64,000 nucleotides of DNA, taken from Lepidodermella squamata. Its lineage: Eukaryota > Animalia > Gastrotricha. The translations under genes and the position numbers were made by a program. Shown in pieces: positions 1 to 11,700 of this stretch. Numbering within the stretch: position 1 is the first letter of the stretch; the number at the start of each line of letters is the position of its first letter. The DNA lies in NCBI GenBank assembly GCA_047495785.1, contig JBLDXI010000025.1, positions 124,001-188,000 of the forward strand. The letters run 5' to 3'. The notes beneath the pieces were generated by a model, which had not been told where the DNA came from, did no database searches, and saw only the letters and a program-made list of their open reading frames with translations.

Positions 1-479
1 TCTCGTCTAAGAGCAGAACCGTTGATGCACCGCAACCAATTTCTCGAAGACACTTTCTGAAGTCGCAAATGTGAACGGGACCATTCCGAATCCGATAATC
101 GGTAGCAGATGCCTATGTTTTGTTTTTTCGAGTTACTGTAGCTATAGATAAGCCCGTAGTAGCATAAGTTGGTAGCGGATGTGCAGGCTAAACTCAATTT
201 CTTAGCTAAACTAGAATTTATCAATTCGAAGTGCATTTACAAATCCGCTTGTGCAATTCTTTTAACTGACAGGCTGAGTATACTCGCAGATAGTTCATTT
301 TCGAAATTTTAGGGCAGATCGACTTGGAAAATTATCGAAGACAGGTCCATATTTTGAGAATTGATTGCAAGCCGATGTCTGACATTAAATCATTGCGTGA
401 TAATTGCGTTAAAAATATTTCCGTTTAGATAGTTTATTTTTGATTCTTGGCTCGGTTTAATTGCATCTGAAAAGCTGAT

Positions 480-829
480 ATGGTATGAAATGAAGGAAAA
501 TTATTGAAAATGTTTGATTAATGGCTAAATTTCAGTTGTTCTACTCGTTCTTCAAATCGCTGGTCGGCAAGGAGGTGATAGTGGAGCTGAAAAACGAACT
601 GGCGATCGCCGGGACGCTGCACTCGGTGGACCAGTTTCTGAACATAAAGATCACGGACGTGAGCGTGCTAGACGCGGACAAGTACCCGCACATGCTGGCG
701 GTGCGGAACTGCTTCATCCGCGGCTCCGTCATCCGCTACATCCAGCTGCCGGCCGAGGAGGTGGACACGCAGCTGCTGCAGGACGCCACGCGCAAGGAGT
801 CACAGCAGTCGGCCGCCAAGCAGGCGTGA
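480..829 (+). CDS. LSM2: U6 snRNA-associated Sm-like protein LSm2; join(480..482,536..829)
   Basis: Translation LFYSFFKSLVGKEVIVELKNELAIAGTLHSVDQFLNIK...VRNCFIRGSVIRYIQLP is the LSm2 signature. ATG|gtatga at 480-488 and ttcag| at 531-535 give the canonical MLFYSFFK start through a 53-nt intron. Confidence 0.95.
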
Positions 830-3000
830 TTGCCAGTCTTGCTCGCTTGCTCTCCGTGACGCCGCTGAACTGCTCATCTCGTTTGTGATGCTTTATGCCT
901 TTCGTTTCGTTGCGCTAAGAAACGAATGACTCGATTTTATAAGCAAATTGAATAATAAAACCGTTGAAAATGGATATGATCTATGTTTCCGAAGCTACTG
1001 CTGCTAGATTTCAAGATGATACCAGCGATTAACAATGTTATACGCCGAAAATGGTCTGATTTTAGTTGAAAAAGACTTGAATTCGCAGCTATTGATCACC
1101 CAAAATTTTTCTATATTTGAGATGTGATACGCAAACTATTAAACCAATCGATTAACTAGTCTACAGCTGAGTTGTCTTAATAGGCAACAGTAGCTCAAAT
1201 CGAACAGGCTAAGTCGAGTTCAGATACACGAATGCTTGCTTGGGCGTGTGTATTTTTCCAAAAACTTCGAATTTCACTCTTTCAAAATATGTCGAACTAG
1301 TTGAAGCGATACGGCTCCTGAAATCCACTACAGCGAGCATGAATTCCAGATTTAAAATCGGTAAAACTTAAAATGACCGAAAAATGACCAAAATTCGTCA
1401 AGTTGAATTCCGCGCCCTGAACACATTTGATTGATGCCGCTATTGCTTGAATATGAGATTTTGAGAGCTGCTATTCGTAAATTTGTAGAATAGATTTCCG
1501 TGCGACTTCATGCACTATTTAACGCTTTCGGTAACAAGTCATTTCAGAGCCCTCGTAGAACACTCATAAGAACACTCAGCTGAGACACGCCATATGAAAT
1601 GGGTGTAGTCACCCATTCTGCGTGACGCAGCAGAAGTTCTTATACACATACTCGTATCATTATGACATCAATTTTTGCGAATTTTAAATCGCAATTGCCC
1701 ACAGATCACTAAATCTTAGAGCAAAAGGTTTTGCTGGCAAGAAACCGCATGAGCTCGAATGTCGTACCACTTACATAGTGCGATGATACATAGGTTACAT
1801 AGTGAACACGACGTACTTTGTTAAGATGGAAACGTTGCGAACGAAGCGAGCTGACGCGTAGAGAACAGATAGAGAACACTTATATGCCCCGCCGTAAGTG
1901 CGAGCGCAGCAAGCATAACGTGGGCAAGGTTTTCGATCGAGCGAAGCGAGAAAGCCGTAGAATGTTTCAACGTGTGCGACGAGCGTAGCGAGAAAAACTT
2001 CGATTTGCTGTCGGATCATAACCACACAGTTACACTCATTACTTTGCAGCAGTAGAAAATGGGCGTAGCGAGCAGGAACTACCACAAGCAGGTTGCAAGG
2101 TTGGTATGCGTGCGAGCAAAGTGTGCGAATCAAAATTATACCCCCTTTACCCCCGTAAAACCAGTTTGGCTACAGCTTCCTCCCGAGCGCTGCGTGTACA
2201 ACAAAGACAACGGTACGTCTAGTTTCTCGGAAAAACTAGCCTTCCCTAGGCCTTCTTATAAAGATGTAAAGAATTAAAGAATTAAAGATATAAATATACG
2301 AGCGGTTTTGCGTGTCAACAAAATGTGCGAAGAGCTGCTGTAACATCTTTATTCTTAGCAGCAATAAGCACGGCTAAGCCACGCCTCGGGTGTCTAATGC
2401 GATTTTCTATGCGCACTTGCGATGATCATCAGCATTTTCAAATCTTTAACAACAAAATCATTTTGAGCACTCATCATCGTTTGTTCGATCAGCAAGTAAA
2501 GTCAACAAGAAATTACGTGATAATGGCCAACAAACGAAGTTGCCATAGCTTCCGCTTTCACCGTTCTCCTCTCCAAAAATTTGACCCCGAATTCGGGAGC
2601 AGCTTACCGAATGTCCCATCGCGCGTCTTAGATTAAAGCCCTTCAGTCATCTCGTCAAGAATAGCCAACCCAGTTATCGATCGTAGTTGGCTAATTTCTT
2701 CGACAGGCATATTCTAGAACTGCGATGTGGATTCAACCACAACGGCGGCCGAGTTCGATGCTTGCCGCCGTCATGGCTCCGCTGGCGCGATTTGGCGCTT
2801 ACGACGGTAAGGGTTTCCGATATGCTGCTATTTTTTCGCCCAAGCACAGCCCTTGATAAGTACACGCGTTCTGGAGAGGTGCGCGGCAGGAAGTGATCGA
2901 CATGCGCGTAAACACGGGCGAAGAGACGGGCGAATAACTCGTAGTATTTTTTTTCGTGTGTGTCTCACTTATAAACTTACGATTTATAGTCGAAAAGTGC

Positions 3001-4710
3001 ATGTGCGCAGATAGCCGCAGCGAGCGTGCCAGAAAGCTGGCGGCGCTCGGCGCCACATTTGACGAAGACACAGACACGCTTGACGTAGCACCACTGCTTT
3101 CTGACACTGCACGTGACGGTAATAGCAGCGGCAAAGCACCGGCGATGATGGTGGGCTCGATGCCGTCGATCATTCCGCCGCACCTCTTCGCCACGCGCCC
3201 GGCGACATCAAGTGAGCAAACACTCTTGCTCTGTTATCGCAGGAATCATCTACTTATTACAATTCTGACGATACAATATTTAATGCACTTTTTGTTTAAT
3301 GTTGCTCCACTCTGCTTGATTTCTGTCGCAATGACGCTTGACTTTGTTGTTGGCAGGCGAATCAGCGGACGATGATGCAATGTTAGCCGCGCGGGCCAGC
3401 ATTGTCTCCAGCCGCAAACGGCCGTCGATCGCCATCGCTCCAATCAAACGCAGCCACACAACAGCAGTCACAAGCAATCGAACGTAAGTTGCCGACATTC
3501 AAATAGTTTGAACCTCCCGATTCAGGGACGAATGAAATATCCCTATTAAAAATGACCGGTGTCTTATTGCAAGAAGCCCTGAAGAATCACGAAGTTTCAG
3601 CATTAAGATTTATATGCCTCGCCTTGACAACATCGAAACGACGGAGAAAGAGGAAGCGCGAACATCTTGAGTTTAACAACGGGGGTTCGAATTTGACAGA
3701 CCCTAATTTCTATCTTGGCTTTAGAAGCTTTATAAGAACATTGTTTCCCATGTCATAATTCGTCTATTCTCCGGGGCTGGACAAAGTCCTTTGATTCGCT
3801 CTTCTTGCGGTTGTAGTCGGATTGGCTAAGCCTGTCTCTTGGGATAATGGTTTAATGCGGAATTAGTAGATCTTAGAGGAAAACACAAGTTCCAAAAGGT
3901 TACATGAATTTTTTATACCATTCCTCACCTCGTTCGCCAGGTAGTCTCAGGCTAATTTTGCAGACCCAACAGCTTTGAGACCACCAGCATGATTCCTCTC
4001 CTAAGGTCAATTTTTGTTGCCAACTCGCTCGGACAAAATCGTTTTACCACTCAGAGAAACTAGGAAAAGGATGACAGTCTAAGCCAATTATGTTAAAAAA
4101 AGCGTGGCGCTAATTGGGGTGCGTTTTTTTGGACCGCTAATGGCCACGATCATTGCTTGGCTCGTCCCTTGAGCCGCCGCAGCGTTTGCGTGCCAGCAAG
4201 ACGCACGTCGTCGCCGTAGCTGCGCTGCAATAAATCGCTGCGATGCCGATGAAAGTACAATGTTAATATCGCGTAATGGCGATGCGGTCCGCGTCCGGGT
4301 CTCAAAAATCGCATTATTCCTCATATACGCCTTTTTAGCAAGCCAGCCAGCTAGCTCATATCGTCGTCGTTTCGCTGCTAGGGTGCTCGCGATGGCAGCA
4401 GTAGCCTCATCTAGGCCCAGCACTTGTAGTTGATACTTTGTTGTTACAGGCCTCTAACAGGTGCGGATCAGTCGCTGCCCAAGTCGGAATCGGCGCAGCG
4501 GCAACTTCAGCAGTCGAAGACCGCATCGCAAAGCCAGTCGAGTTTACAGCGAAGTCAGAGCAGCCGTGGAGCAGCTTCGGCACTCGCTGCGCAGTTGGCC
4601 GAGTCGGCTCCGCCAGTCAACATCAACTCGATCATTCGCAAGTCCATCAACACGTACTACCAGCGTCTGCTCAGGGAACAGTCGAAAGAAGCCGTCGCCA
4701 CTCTGCTAGG
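3001..4710 (+). CDS. Three phase-compatible coding exons (3001..3211, 3357..3483, 4450..4710), low-complexity Ser/Ala/Gln-rich; possibly an alternative long N-terminus of the Cav2 channel
   Basis: Donors A|gtgagc (phase 1), AC|gtaagt (phase 2) and GG|gtatga (phase 2), with acceptors ttggcag| and ttacag|, join into one open frame of about 200 aa. No family recognised. Confidence 0.5.
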
Positions 4711-6824
4711 GTATGATTTTTGCTTTTTTCATTGGACCCTGAATCAAAATTGCAGTGGTGATGGTAGGTAAAGGCTATCGAGATATGTCATGCATTCAAA
4801 GCTCTTTCAAGATTACAGGCTGGATATTATAGTCCCCCAGGCATCTCTGTAACCGAGATCTTTACCACGATTACCTATAGGTGTATATTATACATATAGC
4901 ATGCAATCTGCCGAATAAAGGCCTTTGATTTCGACGCTGCGTTAGGTGGGGAACTGATAACAAGTCCTTTAGGTTTTTCGTACAGTATTTCCAAGAAACT
5001 TCGACCCAAGTTTTTTAGCCGCCGTTCACTCAATTTGTGGACTTTATTCATGTGGTTTATTCATGAGAAAGACGATTCTTGCCTGTTTTTTTAACCATCG
5101 CCCATTATCGATCGATCAACGGCTAACAAGTAGCAGGTCAGAGAAATCACCTTTTTGAGGCCTGAAGGCTACAAAAACCGTCATCTGAAAAACACTCAAG
5201 GGATATTTTCCGAGGGCTACCTATTCAACAATGGAATAAAATTTGCGAAATAAATCGAAGCACAACATTTCTCTTGCCATCTTTTACATTACTGCCCATC
5301 TTTTCTGCCCGATCCTGCATAGCTCAGTTTGTTGCATGACTCAATTATTAATAAATTTCTTTGTTGGAGGCATTGCAAACCTATGACGTGGAGCTTTCTA
5401 GCTAGACGCCCCCGTTCGAACCTAGCGACTCGAACAATGTTTGACATCACCTCCCTCGCACGAACTCGTTAAATATTAAGCAGGGATAAACGCCTCAAGT
5501 TGAGACGTTTGCACAATATAGATCCAGCGGAATTCCCACGTTTGTCTATAGGAAACTCCCTCGGGTAATCCGCCGAAAGCTGGAATTTCATCAGTTTTGT
5601 AGCACGATCTCGAGGCATAAAATTCTAGAATGGGGGATATCCAATTTCGCACACCAAGTAAATTCTGCATGGTTTCGAAAGTATTACCATCAGGTGGCTT
5701 GAAGTGCGCATTTGCGCTACTGGCATATCTCGATAGTCCGCAACAGACACCAGCAGCTATTTACCCACTTATTTCCAGTCTATTTTTTGATGTTTTTGTT
5801 ATTGTTCAACGCATGCCCAGCACTACGTGCGATGGCTAATAGATAATAGAGATGTCCTCGGACGTTCGCTGATCGCAGCCAGTACCGGCCATCATCATAA
5901 TCATCATGATCGTCATCATCCTGATCGACCATCGACGAATTTATTACTGCGATAGCATTTATTATGCTAATATTAATAAACGCGCGCGCGCACACACACG
6001 AGCGCCGAGTGAGTGAGGGTGAATTAAGCGACAGCGAGCGAGAGAGAGAGCAGCGGCGTGACCGGCATTTATTTATTGTTTGCGCGCGGCCAAGCGGGCG
6101 AGATGACGGCCACACCGGCCACGCGATTGATTTCATCTGGCGCCACGATGACACATCATACGCAGGCGCGTTGTAATTGTTTTTTGCGTGCATAGTACAT
6201 GCGAAAAGACGACAGGCAATATATTGCTGTCGCAGCAGCGGCTGTGCGCCTATTTTTAATATATGAGAAAAACCGGCTCGCAAGACAAGTAGCGGCGACA
6301 GCAGCAGCAGCAGGCACCTACACTGATGTCTGTGCTATTTATGGGCCGGCCGGCGGTTCGATTCTCGATTCGATGGCTGCTGCTGCTGCCTGTGTATTAA
6401 ACAAAGCGGCGCAAATAAAACAATGTGGCGTGCACAGAAAAACGGGGCGCTTTGTAGCCATTTCGATGCTGCGGCGTGGCCTAGTACCTAAGCGCGCGCG
6501 CGCGTGCGCTCGCTGCGTTGACACAAGCCGATCGAACAATCGAGCAGCAGCAACGAACAGATAATAAAATAACGCACGCTGCAGTAGTAAAAACACGCGG
6601 CGCCGGCGCTAGCTCGCGAAACACAGAGAGGAGCCGGGCTGCTATACACAGCTATAGCTATAGCTCGTCGATAATCGCGCTCGCAAATACAGGCGCGTCT
6701 CACAAGACTTGTCGCCGCGGCGCGCGAGCGATGGGAGAAATCATCGAAAAAAGCGATACCACAGCGGCTACTATGAAGACGCCGCCGCTGCTGCCGCCGC
6801 GAGATCCACTACTAAACCAGAGTC

Positions 6825-7555
6825 TGTAGTAGTAGTAGTATTACTGGTCGTCGTAGTGCTTGCTATTGGTAATGCTTGTCGTAGTAGTAGTAGCAGCAGC
6901 AGCAGCAGTACAGATAGACGACCATGCGCCATTACGCCGCGTAATGCGCCGACCCAGTATATCATAGCCGCGTGTTTGCCAAGCAGCAGTGGCTGGCTGG
7001 CGGTTCCAGCACCAGAACCGGTGCCAGAGAGCATGGGCACGGAAGCGGCGATCGAACGCGGGCAAACAACTCATCGTCCCTATGCGTTATTTTGTATGAT
7101 TTCCATTTCATCGCGCGCGCGCGCGCGACCGACCCACCCCTTCCTCTGGCTACGCCTGGTTCACTGACTGTGTCGACGGCTGGCTGGCTGGCTGGCTGGT
7201 GATGTGCGGCCCCCGAGCGCTGACACAAATCAATCAGCCGGCGCAATTACTGACGGCCGCACACACCTGCCTGCGCCTCTCGTGGCTATTACTATTAGTA
7301 TTATTGCGATATGCCTACTGCGTGTTTGCCGCCCCTTATCGAACCGTGCCATCTCATCGCGCGCGCGACGTGTCGGCGACGAGCCCGCCCCGCCTCGCCT
7401 CACCTCGCCTGTTCTACGGCTCTCTCATATGCTACGACGGCATCCGCATTTAATAGATAGCGCAAAAAACCTACCTACAAAAAATGAAGTGTAGTAGTTG
7501 TAGTAGTAGTAGTAGTAGTAGGTAGTTGTAGTAGCAGCAGCAGGTAGCAGTAGGT
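6825..7555. repeat. Simple-sequence tracts (TAG)n/(CAG)n/(GGCT)n/(GC)n in the presumed Cav2 promoter/5'UTR region
   Basis: gtagtagtagta at 6826-6840, 6881-6909 and 7490-7555; tggctggctggctggctgg near 7180-7199. Confidence 0.8.
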
Positions 7556-8755
7556 AAAAAAAGTAGAAATGAGCCATTTGAGCGGCTCATTTCCGCGATT
7601 CAGCCATCGCCAGCTTCCCGTGCGGCGAATGCATTCCAAAGACGAGCGGCGATCAGTCATGTCTTTTCCTGTTCCACTGACAGGTCCCCCTTGTCTTCGC
7701 TTTTTTCGCATTTCATTTCTCTCAATGCTTCATGCTTGCTCGATGCCTCGCGGGCTTAATTAGCTATTAAACCTGCGCCATTGGTCGCACGGATTTGGAA
7801 TAATTTAACGGAATGCCCATCATTCATATTATGAATGATGACCCCAATTTTCGGTACTACGCTCTCGCAGTGATTATCAGTCGCCGATCTCTCACAACTA
7901 TTATTTCAGGTTAATTGGAGCAGACAACGGCTGTAGTTGGGCAGCATGTCAATTTTTCATATAATATTTGTTCCACTAGAGCATGAGCTCCTTTCATGAT
8001 CATTTTACAAAAGATGCCTCAAATCGATAATATTGGATTTAACCATAATCATACGCTTATTTGAGGCGTATTGATTGCCTTCGCCAGTTTCTTTTACTCG
8101 GCTAATAGCTTATCATCGCTAGGTCTTGATGATGTTACAGCTTCCTCAGCCACTATTTTCGATATTATCAATTTTGTAGGTCATCTTCCTCAGCCGAGAC
8201 AGCTTCAGTCAGTTCTGGCTGGATTTGTTTAAGATTTCTCTAACAAATGCAGTGTTCAGGGTGTCTTTTACTCGTGAGCTAACATTTTTGCGATATAGAT
8301 GATTTTGGCTTAGCTCCAGCGACCGCCTGCGCAAACATATATTTTGCTGATGCGATGCGTGTTTTCGACCCCCGAATACAACCTCATTATTTTGAGCGGA
8401 TTCTTGTCATTGATGTGATTTTAATTTTCTAGGTGAATTGTCTCGTGTAAATTCGACCGTTGTTGGTCGCCTCTTGGTCGTGAATTACTGCTAATACATA
8501 TATAATTGCGCTTGCGAGTAACGGCTTGATTTCGCAGAGCTTACACTGTTATTGAAAATTCAGCGCCGCTATTCTCGGTAATAATTGTCGTGGTCGTGAT
8601 CGGTGGTGCTGGCTGCTTTTACAAAACATGAGCTACTGCTGATGCTGCTTACGCATAAGCAACCGAGCGAGTGGCTCTCGATGCGTCTGATAAGGCACAG
8701 CAGCTCTTGATGAGCGAACGCCCGAGGACCAACAACAACTGAGCTTCGTTCGAAA

Positions 8756-11700
8756 ATGATGATGGATGCCGTTGTTAGGATGGCGCACATGAAGGAGGCC
8801 GGCGAGCCGGTGGGCAGCGGCGGCGGCGGCGGCGGCGTCACCACGGTCGTGCGCAGCGGCACCGGTGGCGGCGGCGCCGCGTCGGTCAGCTCGAGCAGCG
8901 GCCGGCAGACGGGCATCCGCGACAAGGCGAAGCGCGCCAAGGGCATCACCATCCCGGGCATCACCAACAACTCGCGCTCGCTGCTCATCTTCTCCGAGGA
9001 CCACTTCCTGCGCAAGTACGCCAAGGCCGTCATCGAGTGGTCGCCCTTCGAGTACATGGTCCTGCTCACCATCGTGTCCAACTGCATCGTGCTCGCGCTC
9101 GAGAAGCACTTGCCGCGCGACGACAAGACGCCGCTGAGTCTGCAGCTCGAGGAGACCGAAATCTACTTCCTGGTCATTTTCTGTGTCGAGGCCACGTTCA
9201 AGATTACGGCGCTGGGCTTCCTGTTTCAGAAAGGCGCGTACCTGCGCAACATGTGGAACATCATGGACTTCATCGTCGTGTTCACCGGCCTGCTCACCGT
9301 CGTCTACTCGTCGTCGTCGTCGTTCGATTTGCGAACCCTGCGCGCCGTTCGCGTGCTCCGACCGCTCAAGCTAGTTTCTGGAATTCCCAGTAAGTTATGA
9401 ATCCTCCTTCTGTCTTCCTTCTCCAGAAGTAACACTACCTATAGGAAAAAGTTGCATTTTATTAGGGCGAAAAACCATCATTTTGTTTTAACTTGGTCAG
9501 CTATTTGTGGAATAATGTTAAGCTGAAATGCTTTGAGCTAACCTTTAAAAAGCCATCGTTCACAATGGATGAAGCAATGCAACCTCGTAGGCATACTAGT
9601 TTCTACCATCTGATTCAGATTAAATACATTTTTTCCTCAGGATTACAAATCCATCAATTTTAAATTTTAAATTTCTGGAAGTGAGCCAAATAATCATTTT
9701 GAAGCTTCCTAGCAAATTAACCACTGCAATGGTCGATTATTACTGTCTAGAATCCTAATAATATTTTTCTATCTTCTGAACAGGTTTGCAAGTTGTGCTC
9801 AAGTCGATCATCCGTGCGATGGCGCCGCTTATGCAAATCGCGCTGCTGGTCATGTTCGCCATTCTCATATTCGCTATCATCGGCCTCGAGTTCTACAACG
9901 GCATTTTCCACCAGACGTGCATGTTCCCGGACACGAAGGAGATCCCGGGCAACATCGAGTGGCCGTCGCCGTGTTTCCTGCCCAGCGACGGCAAGGCACA
10001 GCCGGCGAACGCGTCCTGCCTGCACATCAACAACCGCACGACGTGCATGAAAGGCTGGGTTGGGCCCAACTACGGCATCACGTCGTTCGACAACATCGGC
10101 TTCGCTATGCTCACCGTCTTCCAGTGCATCACTATGGAGGGCTGGACCACAGTCATGTACTGGGTAAGCCGACTTCTTTTTGCCTCTTTATCTAGTGGAC
10201 AGTTCTTATAACCGTACATCGATCGATCGATATTTTATTGATTTTTTGTCTTGTTTCTTTAATACAGACGAACGACGCAACCGGCAGCTCGATGGCTTGG
10301 ATGTATTACGTTCCGCTGATCGTTGTCGGCTCATTCTTCATGCTCAACCTTGTACTTGGTGTCCTCAGTGGGTAAGCATTCATAGCATAAATAAATCATC
10401 TCCAGTTACGACCTACGATTTATTTTGAAAATAGTGAGTTTGCTAAAGAGAGAGAGCGCGTCGAGAAGCGGCGCGAATTCTTGAAAATGCGGCGAGCCGA
10501 GCAGATCGAAAAAGAGCTCAACAATTACCTCAACTGGATTTCGATCGCCGAGGAGGTGATACTCAACGAGGATAAGACTACAGACGAGGAAAAAATGCGC
10601 ATCATTGAGGCGAGACGGCGAGCGGCAGCTCGGCGCCTGAAACAGCTCAAAGACGGCGAGAAACGCGACAAGAAAGGCAGAGCGAAGAAAGCGCCCGACC
10701 CTGATAAGGATAAGGAGCTGGACCCAGACGCCGGCGATGACGAAGACGACCAAGGCGATGGCCTCGGCCGGCAGAACAGCATGAACCGCGGCCAGGCGGG
10801 CCTGCCACCCGGCTTCCAGCAGAACCGCCGGTTCCCGCAGCTTTTCTCGTGCTTCAAACGCTCCAAGGCGGAGAAGCGCTTCCGGCTCAAGCTGCGCCGT
10901 GCCGTCAAAACCGAGTACTGGTTCTGGGCCGTTATCACTCTCGTCTTTCTCAACACGTTCTGCCTGGCTGTCGAGCACTACGGCCAGCCCGAGTGGCTGT
11001 CGCTCGTGCTCTACTACGCCGAGTTCGTGTTTCTGTCCCTGTTCATTCTCGAGACTATCGTGCCGATGTATGCTGTCGGGCCGCGCGTCTTCTTCCAGTC
11101 GACCTTCCGCCTCTTCGACACCATCGTTATTTTCTGCTCGCTGTTCGAAGTCATCTACGGCGAGTTCTACCCGGAGGAATCTTTCGGCTTCTCCGTGCTG
11201 AGATCTCTACGCTTGCTACGTATCTTCAAGCTAACCCGTCATTGGTCATCATTGCGAAACTTGGTCATATCGCTGATGAACTCAATGCGCTCGATCGTCT
11301 CGCTGCTGTTCTTGCTCTTTCTGTTCATTCTCATCTTCGCCTTGCTCGGTATGCAAGTCTTCGGCGGCAAGTGGAACTTCCCCGAGGGCAGGCCGGCTGC
11401 CAACTTTGACACTTTTCCCATTGCCATGCTCACCGTCTTCCAGATCCTCACTGGCGAGGACTGGAATGAAGTGTTGTACAATGGTATCAAATCGATGGGT
11501 GGAGTCGAAGGCGGCGGAATGCTATTCTCCGTCTATTTCGTAGTCCTGGTGCTTTTCGGCAACTGTAAGCATTAGGTAGTAAGCAAGCTCGCGTGAAAAT
11601 TGATAATTATTTCTCTAGACACACTGCTTAACGTCTTCTTGGCTATTGCCGTCGATAACTTGGGCAACGCCCGTGAATTGACAGCGGCCGAGGAAGCTGA

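Noticed and set aside
1-112. Possible minus-strand coding exon divergent from LSm2
   Set aside because: An open frame and acceptor are present, but there is no recognisable protein and it is cut by the window edge.
5780-7763. Many overlapping ORFs upstream of Cav2
   Set aside because: Products of GC-rich simple repeats with no consistent exon structure or protein motif.
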